Positions 1 through 8,666 of a stretch of DNA of 64,000 nt are shown piece after piece (position 1 is the first letter of the stretch; the number at the start of each line of letters is the position of its first letter). Location: the NCBI GenBank assembly GCA_965214515.1, contig OZ243955.1:2657773-2721772 (forward strand), given 5' to 3'. The notes under the pieces were generated by a model. That model was not told the origin of the DNA. It worked only from the letters and a program-made list of their open reading frames with translations, and did no database searches. The position numbers and the translations under genes are program-made. This DNA is from Aggregatilineales bacterium (lineage in GTDB: Bacteria > Chloroflexota > Anaerolineae > Aggregatilineales > Phototrophicaceae).

Positions 1-1
1 G

Positions 2-304
2 GACATTTTCGGCTTCTCTTTAGCTACGTTATTTCTAAGCATGGTGCTGGTGGGTGGTGTGGCGACCATCTACGGGCCGGTGGTCATGGGTGTTGTGATG
101 ACCTTTGTCAGCGAGTTGATGGCATCCAGCGCATGGATGTCATCCGTGTTTGGCGTGGCGCGGGGGCCGGTTCGTTTTATGATTGTGGCCGTCATCATCG
201 TCATTACCATGCGCTTTTTCCCGCAAGGGGTCTGGGGGCTTATCAATCAATTTGGGGAACGACAGCGCCAGTCGAAGCGCCTCCCGACCGAAGAGGGTTC
301 ATAA
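2..304 (+). CDS. Branched-chain amino acid type (LivM/LivH family) ABC transporter permease, C-terminal fragment; 5' end lies outside the window
   Basis: The frame of ORF 41..304 stays open back to nt 2 (DIFGFSLATLFLSMVLVGG...). The hydrophobic C-terminal segment has the LVGG...GP...ELM pattern typical of LivM/LivH C-termini. Stop at 302-304. Confidence 0.55.
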   Translation, partial: DIFGFSLATLFLSMVLVGGVATIYGPVVMGVVMTFVSELMASSAWMSSVFGVARGPVRFMIVAVIIVITMRFFPQGVWGLINQFGERQRQSKRLPTEEGS

Positions 305-397
305 ACATGGATGACCCATGAGGATTGCTGCGGATGACCGATATTAGTTCGTCTGTGCATGATACCGCGGCGGCGTCGTGCGGCGATAGGAGAACCC

Positions 398-1318
398 ATG
401 CAAAACGAGCTTGAACGCAGCTTGAAAGGTCTGATGCTGGGCATCCGGGCGGATTGGGGACTGTATGTGAAGTTTATCGGCTCCGGTGAAGAAATCGCCT
501 GGCAGGCTGATGTCCAGATGGACACCATGAGCGTCATCAAAATTCCGCTGCTGGTGACCCTCTTCCGTCAGCAGGATGCCGGGCGGCTTGACCTCAATCG
601 GCGGCTCAGGTTGGAGACCCGCTGGAAACGTTTTGGCACGGGTGTTTTGCATGCGATGGATGATGGCATGGTGTTCAGCCTGCGGGATGCCGCGACTTTG
701 ATGATTATCGAAAGTGACAACACCGCGACCGATTACTGTTTTGAAGCGGTGGGCGGATTCGAGGCGGTCAATGCGGCCATGCGCGAATTAGGCTTGGGCG
801 ACATAGATGCTCTGGGGACAGGCTTCGATTGGTTTTCGGCGCTGGCTGGCTCAGTTGACCCGCAGTTGGGCGAACTTAATCCAGCCGACCTGTTTCGCAC
901 TGGCTATCCTGACCTGTCCCCAGCGGACTGGCTGGCAGCCCGTGAAAGGTTTCATTTTGAAACCGGCAAGCCATTCGGACTTGCCACCCCCCGCGCCATC
1001 GGTCAACTGTTGGAAATGATGTGGACGGACAGCTGTGCCAGCGCGGAATCCTGTGCTGCGATGCGGCGCATACTGCACTTGCAAATCTCGCGCTCACGCC
1101 TGCCCAAGTATTTGGTCGAGGCGAAGGTGGCGCACAAAACAGGCGATTTCAATCCTTTTATCGCCAACGATGTGGGTGTGATTGAATCGCATGATGCGCC
1201 GCCCGTTATCATGTGCGTGTTGGCAGCGGGGCATCGCGGCATCTGGGAAAACCTTGAAGATGCCATCGCCCGCATGAGCGAAAAAGTTTGGGAATACGGG
1301 ATTTATTCCAATCAATAG
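398..1318 (+). CDS. Class A beta-lactamase-related serine hydrolase
   Basis: SxxK (SVIK), SDN (ESDNTA) and KTG (HKTGDF) motifs occur in the right order. GGAG lies 5 nt upstream of the ATG at 398; the ORF track start at 359 is probably too long. Confidence 0.8.
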   Translation: MQNELERSLKGLMLGIRADWGLYVKFIGSGEEIAWQADVQMDTMSVIKIPLLVTLFRQQDAGRLDLNRRLRLETRWKRFGTGVLHAMDDGMVFSLRDAATLMIIESDNTATDYCFEAVGGFEAVNAAMRELGLGDIDALGTGFDWFSALAGSVDPQLGELNPADLFRTGYPDLSPADWLAARERFHFETGKPFGLATPRAIGQLLEMMWTDSCASAESCAAMRRILHLQISRSRLPKYLVEAKVAHKTGDFNPFIANDVGVIESHDAPPVIMCVLAAGHRGIWENLEDAIARMSEKVWEYGIYSNQ

Positions 1319-1351
1319 ACGGCTGACTAAAAAGTTGAATTGGAGTTTGCG

Positions 1352-1564
1352 ATGAGTTATGGACGAAGCAAGTCCGACGAAAGCATTCAGGTTGAGCAGA
1401 CAGCTTGGCTGGCTGAATTTTTGGGGCTTGAGGTTGCGCGGGTGGAGCTTGAGGGGCTGGCGCTGGCATTATCGAACCAGGTGTCCGCGATTCAGGTTCT
1501 TGAGCGGTTTAATCTGACAGAATGTTCTCCAATCGTGAAAATGGATGCACGCTGGTATGAATGA
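1352..1564 (+). CDS. Small AtzG/GatC-like (DUF4089-like) protein, putative partner subunit of the downstream amidase
   Basis: 70-aa ORF with GGAG 6 nt upstream of the ATG at 1352. Its 3' end overlaps the amidase start (1545 or 1557). The pattern ...AWLAEFLGLEV...LERFNL...SPIV resembles small GatC-like subunits that pair with amidase-signature enzymes. Confidence 0.5.
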   Translation: MSYGRSKSDESIQVEQTAWLAEFLGLEVARVELEGLALALSNQVSAIQVLERFNLTECSPIVKMDARWYE

Positions 1565-2978
1565 GGCTCATGAACTTGTCAACTTGTCCTTGAGCGATGC
1601 CGCTGAAGGTCTGGCAGCGGGTCGAATCAGCGCCCTTGAATTGACTCAGGCGACGCTTGACCGCCTCAAACAAACCGAGCCGATGGTTCATGCTTATGCG
1701 ACGGTCACAGAGGAGCTTGCGCTGGCAGCAGCCGAGCGTGCCGACAGCGAAATGGCAGCCGGGAGACATCGCGGCGCCTTGCATGGCATTCCGATAGGCG
1801 TTAAGGACATCATCTATACCCAAGGCATCCCGACCGAAGCTGGCTCTAGGGTGCTGGCGGGTTTTGTACCCGATTATGATGCGACTGTTGTCAGCAAACT
1901 GGATGAAGCCGGCGCCATCCTGGTCGGCAAGACAGTCTGTCACGAGTTTGCTTATGGTGTGAATGAACCGCCGACGCGCTCCCCCTGGGAGATGAACAGC
2001 TATCCTGGCGGCTCCAGCACCGGCTCTGGCGTGGCTGTGAGCGTCCGGTCGGCTTTTGGCGCGATTGGCACGGACACGGGTGGCTCGATTCGCATTCCCG
2101 CCTCCATCAATAATATCGTCGGCTTGAAACCCACCTATGGTCGCGTCAGCGCTTACGGGGTGATACCGCTTTCGTGGTCGCTTGACCATGTTGGGCCGAT
2201 GACGCGCACAGTCAAGGATGCCGCCTTGATGCTGCAGGTTATCGCTGGCTATGACCCGCAGGATGCCAACTGCGCCAGGGAGCCTGTGCCTGATTTTACT
2301 GCTGGGCTTGGCGAGGACTTGCGCGGTTTGCGGCTGGGCATTGACCGCGATTATTTTTTGTATGCCGGTGTGATTGACGATGTGCGTTCCGCAACCGAGG
2401 CGGTCATCAGCGAACTGGCGGGGATGGGCGCGGAGATTATTGAAGTTCGTTTGCCCGAACTGGAGCTTACGCCGGAGACGCTCTTCACGGTGATGATGGC
2501 GGAAGCCAGCACTTATCATCGGCGGCAGCTGCGTGAACACGGCGACAAGTATGACCCGGCGACCCGTGCCACCCTGCAACTGGGCGAACTGCTCCCCGCG
2601 ACCCATTATATTACCGGCTTGCGTGCCAGGGCATTGTTCCGTGATGCCATCGCCAGCCTGTTCCGGGCGGAAGGTCTCGATGCCATGATTTCGCCTACTA
2701 TGCCGCTGCCGACAGCTTTGCTGACGGAACTGCACCAGCCGCGGCAGGACATGGACATTGATGAAACGCCGATGATTTCGTACATCCATCACACCTTCTC
2801 CGCCAACCTGAGCGGTCAGCCGGCAATCAGCGCACCCGGCGGCTTTAGCAGCCAGGGCTTGCCGATTGGCTATCAGCTTTTGGGACGGCCCTTTGACGAG
2901 GCGACACTCTTCAGAATTGCCCATGCCTATGAACAGGCGCACGATTGGCATACCCGCCAGGCGGAAGTTCCGTCTTGA
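1545..2978 (+). CDS. Amidase-signature family amidase (GatA/AtzE-like)
   Basis: GGSSTGSG signature, catalytic Lys context GVKDII, and full-length ~470 aa. An alternative ATG at 1557 gives an ATGAATGA overlap with the upstream small ORF. Confidence 0.9.
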   Translation: MHAGMNEAHELVNLSLSDAAEGLAAGRISALELTQATLDRLKQTEPMVHAYATVTEELALAAAERADSEMAAGRHRGALHGIPIGVKDIIYTQGIPTEAGSRVLAGFVPDYDATVVSKLDEAGAILVGKTVCHEFAYGVNEPPTRSPWEMNSYPGGSSTGSGVAVSVRSAFGAIGTDTGGSIRIPASINNIVGLKPTYGRVSAYGVIPLSWSLDHVGPMTRTVKDAALMLQVIAGYDPQDANCAREPVPDFTAGLGEDLRGLRLGIDRDYFLYAGVIDDVRSATEAVISELAGMGAEIIEVRLPELELTPETLFTVMMAEASTYHRRQLREHGDKYDPATRATLQLGELLPATHYITGLRARALFRDAIASLFRAEGLDAMISPTMPLPTALLTELHQPRQDMDIDETPMISYIHHTFSANLSGQPAISAPGGFSSQGLPIGYQLLGRPFDEATLFRIAHAYEQAHDWHTRQAEVPS

Positions 2979-3064
2979 GCTTTGGAATATAAGGATGATT
3001 GAGCGATGAAATTGGGTCTGCTGCCCAATTATGGCGCGGCTGCGCTCGCTGGCAAAGGAAATGG

Positions 3065-3943
3065 ATGATGGCGGATTTCAAATGGCCCGATGAACGGCTG
3101 TGCGCGGTGACGCTAACCTTCGATATGGATGGCGAAACCATCCCGTATCTGCTGGACAAACCCAATGCGACTAAGCGACTGGCTCTGATGTCGGAGTTCA
3201 GTTATGGTCCCAATGTTGCCGTGCCGCATATTCTCGACTTGCTCGATTTATATGAGATTAAAGCGAGCTTCTTTGCGCCTGCCCGCACGATTGAACTGCA
3301 TCCCGAACTGGTGCGCGACATTGTGGCGCGTGGTCACGACATGGGACATCATGGTTATATGCACGAACGTCCCGATGGCTTGGGGGATGAACAGGAAGAG
3401 CGCGTCCTGCAAAAAGGAATCGAAGTCATCGAAAACACCATCGGACGCAAGCCGCTTGCCTATCGTTCACCGGCCTGGGAGCTTAAACCCACATCGCCGG
3501 CTTTACTCAAGCGCCACGGATTCCAATTTGACAGCAGCTTGATGGGCTATGACATTCCCTATTGGATCGAAACAGCCGAAGGAGATTTGCTGGAGCTGCC
3601 CGTCAGTTGGCGCAACGATGATTGGGTGCAGTTTGGCTTTGTATCGGTGCCGCCGGTTGGCCATGGCATCAACCCGCCCTCAATCGGTCTGGAAGTGTTC
3701 ACGGCAGAATTTGAAGGCTTGTTCGCGCGGGGGGGCTTGTTTAATATGACCATGCACCCCTTTTTGGCAGGCCGCCCTTCGGGTCTCATCGTGCTGGAAA
3801 AGCTGATTCGGCATCTGCGCGGTTTTCCGCGTGTGTGGTGGGCGAGGTTAAGCGAAGTCGCCTATTATTGTTACCGGGCGGATGTTGCCGCCACCTTGCC
3901 GCGAGCCACCACCGAGATACCCGCCGCCAAATGGATTGATTAA
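3065..3943 (+). CDS. Polysaccharide deacetylase (NodB homology) family protein
   Basis: TLTFDMDGE and HGYMHE metal/catalytic motifs. Start set at the ATG at 3065 (MMADFKWPDE), preceded by AAGGAA; the track start 2999 is TTG and adds an atypical N-terminus. Confidence 0.8.
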   Translation: MMADFKWPDERLCAVTLTFDMDGETIPYLLDKPNATKRLALMSEFSYGPNVAVPHILDLLDLYEIKASFFAPARTIELHPELVRDIVARGHDMGHHGYMHERPDGLGDEQEERVLQKGIEVIENTIGRKPLAYRSPAWELKPTSPALLKRHGFQFDSSLMGYDIPYWIETAEGDLLELPVSWRNDDWVQFGFVSVPPVGHGINPPSIGLEVFTAEFEGLFARGGLFNMTMHPFLAGRPSGLIVLEKLIRHLRGFPRVWWARLSEVAYYCYRADVAATLPRATTEIPAAKWID

Positions 3944-3945
3944 CC

Positions 3946-4356
3946 ATGAATCAGCCGATAAGCGATATCGAAGCACGGATTTATGAGCGCCTCGAACAAG
4001 CTCGCGGGGACAAGGGACTAAAATCCATCATCGCTTATCGCACTGGACTGGATATTGACCCCGGCAGCCGTTCGCCTGACCAAGGCATGATGGCACTGGA
4101 CAAAATCCGCCGCGTCCGCGGGCGGGGTGGCGATGCGGTCAAAAACCTGCGCGACCATCTCTTTTGCCGTGCCTTAGCGCAGTCGGTGCAGAATAAACTG
4201 CTCAAAGGGTTCCAGGGCATGGGGCAGGCTGCGGCGGCCGAATCCCAGTCGGAAGTAATTCCCCTCGAATTGCATGACAGTCGCCGGCAGGACCATCACG
4301 CCCTGCTCGCTGACGGCGGCTTCGGCAAATTCGTAGATGTCCATATCAGCCTTTAG
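3946..4356 (+). pseudogene. Amidohydrolase-family gene remnant (internal fragment only)
   Basis: The first ~79 codons (..GLKSIIAYRTGLDIDP...NLRDHLFCRALA) resemble an internal segment of metal-dependent amidohydrolases. The N-terminal third and the catalytic C-terminal part are missing. From ~4174 the ORF merely runs antisense through the 3' end of the convergent aminotransferase gene. Confidence 0.4.
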
Positions 4357-5295
4357 CTCTGCCAGCGAAATCGTGCCGGCCTGGGGATAGGTCAGCCAAA
4401 ACAAATCCGGGTAACGCTCAAAAAAGGCTCTGGCGCAAGCGATGTTGCGCTGTATGATGGCGATGCTGCGCTCTGTCAGCGCTTGATGATTTTCCAGGGC
4501 AATCAGCGCCAGAATCTCGCTGGGGGCGCTGCCGCAAATCGTGGTATAAGATTTGAGGTGCATCATCTGCTGCATCATGGCGCGGTCTTGTGTTATCAGC
4601 CAGCCGACCCGCAATCCGGGCAAGCCAAAAGCCTTCGACAAGCCACCCAGAACCACCGCCTTTTCGTAGGTTTCACTTGCCGAAGGCAGGCGCGACCGCG
4701 GGTTATGTTCGATGAAACGATAAATCTCGTCCGAAAACAAAATCAGGCCGTGCTGACGCGCCAGCGCGACAACCCGTTCAAAATCAGCATGGTCGGGCAG
4801 ATAGCCGCTGGGATTGTGCGGAAAGTTGACAACCAGCATGCGGGTGTTTGGCTGAATCAGCCTCCCCAGTTCATCCACATCAAAATGCCAGCCCGCGTCT
4901 GTTCTGTGCTGATGCCAGAAGGTCAGTTCACAGCCGATGGCACGGGCGATTTCGTAGAGCGATTGAAAGCTGGGGGAAATCGCCACGACATGGTCGCCGG
5001 CATGAAGCAGGCTGTTCATGGCAATGAAGATGCCCTCTTCTGGCACGGCCTCAAGGACTTGCTCGGCGGCTATGCCAGTGTGGAGATGGGCGATGGCAGA
5101 CAGCAGTTCGGGATGTCCCTGGGTCTCGGTGTAGCCGAGCCACAGTGTCTCAAACTGCTCGCGCCGCATCGGGCTGGCGAAAGAGAGCAGTTCGTTCAGG
5201 GTGAGAGGCTCACAGTCGGATGGACTGATTTGCCAGGGCGCGCTGAATTCGTATTTGCGAAAATAGTTTTCGATGGCAAAGGGTTCGAGTTTCAT
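4174..5295 (-). CDS. PLP-dependent aminotransferase, class I/II
   Basis: 373 aa with the PLP-lysine context SKAFGLPGLRVGW and the NFPHNPSG motif. Confidence 0.88.
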   Translation of the reverse strand: MKLEPFAIENYFRKYEFSAPWQISPSDCEPLTLNELLSFASPMRREQFETLWLGYTETQGHPELLSAIAHLHTGIAAEQVLEAVPEEGIFIAMNSLLHAGDHVVAISPSFQSLYEIARAIGCELTFWHQHRTDAGWHFDVDELGRLIQPNTRMLVVNFPHNPSGYLPDHADFERVVALARQHGLILFSDEIYRFIEHNPRSRLPSASETYEKAVVLGGLSKAFGLPGLRVGWLITQDRAMMQQMMHLKSYTTICGSAPSEILALIALENHQALTERSIAIIQRNIACARAFFERYPDLFWLTYPQAGTISLAELKADMDIYEFAEAAVSEQGVMVLPATVMQFEGNYFRLGFGRRSLPHALEPFEQFILHRLR

Positions 5296-5452
5296 GGGTT
5301 GGCAACCTCGTTATAGGAATGGACAATCCTTATAGTTTTACAATGATTCAACTTCAATGCACAGGCGATTATGGTCGCTCAAGGCAGAACCGTTCTCGTC
5401 AAAACGACTGATGATTTGGGTCGGTCGAACATAGCGCAGCCCTTGCCTTATG

Positions 5453-6634
5453 TCAGCCTGTTTGCAATTTGTCGCGCAGCATGGCCGCCATAATCGCCGC
5501 CCGTTCGGGCATGGAGGCAATCTCGCCATATTCGTCGATAGCATGACCGCCATCGCCAACGATGCCCATCCCATCCAGGGTCGGGACGCCCATTGCGGCG
5601 GTGCGATTGCCATCCGAGCCGCCGCCGGTGCTTTTCTCGTTTAATTCGAGACCCATCGAGGCGGCATGTGCCTGCGCCTGGCGGAACAAAGCCACGATAG
5701 CCGCGGTGCGCTCCATTGGTGGTACTTGAATGCCGCCTTTGATGATGAGTTTCGCTGCGGGATGATGGGCCTGCAAGCTCATCATCTGTCGGTGGATGGC
5801 TTGGGCATGGGCGCGGGTCTTGGCTCGCACATTGACCTCAAGCTGTGCCTCGGCTGGGACGACATTGCCGCGCGTCCCGCCGCTGACCGTGCCGACATTG
5901 GCGGTTGTGCCGATTTCATAATCGGTCATAGCTTGAATCTTGAGGACCTGATGCGCCAATTCTTCAATCGCGTTGACCCCTTTTTCGTGGTCAGCGCCGG
6001 CGTGCGCTGCCCGCCCGATGGCTTTGACGGTATAGCGGCTGACGCCTTTGCGGGCGGTTTTATACGCGCCATCCTGGGGTGGCTCGGTCACGAAGACGGC
6101 CTGATGCCGCCGCGCCTCGGCTTCAATGTTTTCTCTCGATGCGCGGCTGCCGGTTTCCTCATCCGAATTGAGCAGATAGGTAATCGCCTGATGCGGAAAC
6201 AGATTGAGCGTCCGCAAGGCCCGCAGCGCCCATAAGGCAATGACAATCCCGCCCTTCATATCCATCGCCCCGACGCCATAAAGCCGATTGCCATCGACAT
6301 AGCTTGGGCGCAGGGCAACCGTCCCCACATCCCATACCGTGTCCATGTGGCTGAGAATCAGAATCCCGCCATCGCCCGGATTCCAACGGGCGCGGACGAC
6401 ATCGCCAACCGCTTGCTTGGGGAAAATATCGACATCGCCGCCGAGTTGTCGCAATTCTTCCGCCAGGACGCTGCCCAGCCTGTCCACCGATGGCTTGTGG
6501 TTGGTGGGCGATTCCAGTTCGATGAGCTTGATAAGGTCGGCGACCATATCGTCTTGATGTCGACGCAGGTAGCTCAGAATGCGTCGGCTGCTTTCGGGGT
6601 TCATCCGCTTTGTCCTTTTCATGGCAATCGTCAA
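5453..6634 (-). CDS. M20 family metallopeptidase (carboxypeptidase G2 / glutamate carboxypeptidase-like)
   Basis: HMDTVW, NSDEETGS and AGADHE-type motifs. Alternative starts at 6622 or 6604. Confidence 0.85.
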   Translation of the reverse strand: MTIAMKRTKRMNPESSRRILSYLRRHQDDMVADLIKLIELESPTNHKPSVDRLGSVLAEELRQLGGDVDIFPKQAVGDVVRARWNPGDGGILILSHMDTVWDVGTVALRPSYVDGNRLYGVGAMDMKGGIVIALWALRALRTLNLFPHQAITYLLNSDEETGSRASRENIEAEARRHQAVFVTEPPQDGAYKTARKGVSRYTVKAIGRAAHAGADHEKGVNAIEELAHQVLKIQAMTDYEIGTTANVGTVSGGTRGNVVPAEAQLEVNVRAKTRAHAQAIHRQMMSLQAHHPAAKLIIKGGIQVPPMERTAAIVALFRQAQAHAASMGLELNEKSTGGGSDGNRTAAMGVPTLDGMGIVGDGGHAIDEYGEIASMPERAAIMAAMLRDKLQTG

Positions 6635-6742
6635 TATCCAACCAGTATAACACCAGGCGCCGCTTTCCTCGAAGTCAAACTCATCCTGTCGCCAGGCTGC
6701 TTTGGCTTTTAATATAGGTCAGCGGCAAAAAACCAACCATGA

Positions 6743-7720
6743 ATGCGAAAGCTGTGTCTGCCGATGCCTTCAGTCCGTTTGCTTGTCCTGGGTCTCATCA
6801 GCCTGTTTTACATGCTGCCGGCGCAAGCGCAGAGCGACAGTGATGCCATCCCCCAGCCAGAACCACGCCCCATGCCAAGCGCGGTGCTGGTCGAAGGGGA
6901 TGTGTGGCTGGAATGGTACTTCTCGTCCATCATGCAAGGGGGTGTTGGCCTGCTTCGCCTGCAAGCCGAGTCGATTCATCAGGCGCGGCTTTTGTTCTTG
7001 GGCGCGGAAATCCCCTTTTTCCAGCTTGAGGGCGATGCCTGGTATGCCTTTGCCGCTGTCGATATGAATGTGCGACCGGGTGATTATGAACTGACGGCGC
7101 TGGTGGAAGGGAGCGCGGGCGCTGTCACATTCAAGCGGGATGTTCGGGTCGAGGCTGCTGATTATATCACCCAGGATTTTAATATCCCTGGCGACCGCTC
7201 TTATCTGGCTGACCCCGAACTGGAAGCTGCCGAGTTCGCCAAACTGGATGCGATGACGGCAGCGGTCACCCCTGTGCCGCTCTGGGACGCAGTCGGCTTC
7301 GCGCTCCCGCTGGCATCCCAGACCACCTCCCCCTTCGGCGCTTATCGCCTATTGAACCAGAGGGTGCGAACCCGTCATACGGGCTGGGACCAACGGGCGC
7401 CGGTGGGGACGCCCGTCAAATCGGCTGCGGCTGGTGTGGTCGTCTTTGCTGGCAGGCTGGATATACGCGGCAATTATGTCATGATTAATCATGGCTATGG
7501 CGTCTACTCCGGTTATGCTCATTTCTCGGAGTTGCAGGTAACGCGCGGGCAGCGCATCGCCGCCGGGCAGATTATCGGCATGAGCGGCAACAGTGGCCGC
7601 AGCAGCGGGCCCCACTTGCATTGGGAGATGGTCGTCCATGGCGAATGGGTTGACGGCTTGGCATTTATCAAGCTGTGGCTGCCGACTGGCTGCGCGGCGC
7701 GGTGCGTGGACTTTGGCTGA
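6743..7720 (+). CDS. Secreted M23 family metallopeptidase
   Basis: N-terminal signal peptide (LLVLGLISLFYMLPAQA), an HxxxD motif (HTGWD) and an HxH motif (GPHLHWE). Confidence 0.88.
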   Translation: MRKLCLPMPSVRLLVLGLISLFYMLPAQAQSDSDAIPQPEPRPMPSAVLVEGDVWLEWYFSSIMQGGVGLLRLQAESIHQARLLFLGAEIPFFQLEGDAWYAFAAVDMNVRPGDYELTALVEGSAGAVTFKRDVRVEAADYITQDFNIPGDRSYLADPELEAAEFAKLDAMTAAVTPVPLWDAVGFALPLASQTTSPFGAYRLLNQRVRTRHTGWDQRAPVGTPVKSAAAGVVVFAGRLDIRGNYVMINHGYGVYSGYAHFSELQVTRGQRIAAGQIIGMSGNSGRSSGPHLHWEMVVHGEWVDGLAFIKLWLPTGCAARCVDFG

Positions 7721-7759
7721 TTGGCGAAAAGCAGGTTCTCGCAAAAGGGCAAAACACGG

Positions 7760-7765
7760 TATAAT
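7760..7765 (+). promoter_or_regulatory. Putative -10 box (TATAAT) upstream of the FHA gene
   Basis: Exact TATAAT about 50 nt upstream of the ATG at 7816. No convincing -35 element. Confidence 0.3.
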
Positions 7766-7815
7766 GCAAGCGTGAGTATTTTGGGGATGCCTTGATGCAC
7801 GCGCAGGAGGGAAAG

Positions 7816-8574
7816 ATGCAGGAGAATGTCCGCTTCCAGTTGATTGTCAGACGCGGCCCCCAACCCAATCAAAGTTATGAAATCACCCAGGAGCTTACCA
7901 CCCTGGGACGCGACATCACCAACGATATTGTGATTAACGACCGCGAAACCAGCCGCCATCATCTGCGCCTGCTGCGTTCGGGCGACAGCATCACTTTGGA
8001 AGACTTGGGTTCGACCAATGGGACTTTTGTCAATGGCAAACGGGTCTCTGGCGTCACGCCACTGCAAAATGGCGATATGATTGGGCTGGGCGAAACAGTG
8101 ACCCTGGGGTTGGACATCAAGCGGCCGCCGCAGCCCGTCCCCGTCACGCCGCCGGCGCCTGATGAGTTGGAGACACCGCCGCCTGCTGAAAGCGTCTATG
8201 CCGCGCCAGTCGAGCCGCCAGAATATGACTATCAGCCAGCGGCCGCCGCAGAAGACCCCTATGCGCCGCCGGACAGACAGGCATATCCACAGCAGCAGCC
8301 GAACTATCCGACTTATGCCGAACAGCCGCAGCAGCAGGCTGGCTATGGCATTCCCATGCCGCCACAGCAATACGCGGGTTATGATTATGACCCCTATGCC
8401 GTGCGCGAAGAGGGCGGTTCATCGTCATGGCTGATTTTGGGATGCTTTGTCTTTTTTGTGCTGGCATTCGTCTGCTTTGGCATTGTGGGCCTGGTCTTGA
8501 TTGATATCCTCGAACTCTGGTGCGAAATGCCGCTCGTCACGCAGGTCGTGACGGCCATGGGGTATTGCGGCTGA
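7816..8574 (+). CDS. FHA domain protein with Pro/Gln/Tyr-rich linker and C-terminal transmembrane anchor
   Basis: FHA core TLGRD...NDIVIND..TSRHHLRL...LEDLGSTNGTFVNG. A P/Q/Y-rich low-complexity middle is followed by a terminal hydrophobic helix (WLILGCFVFFVLAFVCFGIVGLVLI). AGGAGGG lies upstream of the ATG at 7816. Confidence 0.85.
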   Translation: MQENVRFQLIVRRGPQPNQSYEITQELTTLGRDITNDIVINDRETSRHHLRLLRSGDSITLEDLGSTNGTFVNGKRVSGVTPLQNGDMIGLGETVTLGLDIKRPPQPVPVTPPAPDELETPPPAESVYAAPVEPPEYDYQPAAAAEDPYAPPDRQAYPQQQPNYPTYAEQPQQQAGYGIPMPPQQYAGYDYDPYAVREEGGSSSWLILGCFVFFVLAFVCFGIVGLVLIDILELWCEMPLVTQVVTAMGYCG

Positions 8575-8666
8575 CATCGTTATAAAACCCCAACCCGTGA
8601 ACGGACGGTCGCCCCCTGCTCGAAGGGATGTGTTAGCTTGCCCTAAACAGAGCAAGAGGAGCATCC

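Noticed and set aside
1509-2951. Long antisense ORFs opposite clearly assigned genes. Examples are 1509..2951(-), 8931..9920(-), 9892..11496(+), 18641..20047(-), 33300..34715(+), 37186..38463(+), 38671..39702(+), 49275..50384(-) and 51281..52444(-).
   Set aside because: Each lies entirely opposite a gene with strong family motifs. Their translations are Arg/Gly/Ala/Pro-rich with no recognisable motifs. This is typical of stop-poor shadow frames in high-G+C DNA.
5338-5450. The C-terminal ~30 codons of the minus-strand ORF 5338..5613 read ..RPTQIISRFDENGSALSDHNRLCIEVESL, reminiscent of the SDH(R)P-containing C-terminus of endonuclease/exonuclease/phosphatase family proteins.
   Set aside because: Only a ~30-aa stub lies in intergenic DNA, and the rest of the ORF overlaps the M20 peptidase gene in another frame. 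It is too short to distinguish a gene remnant from chance.
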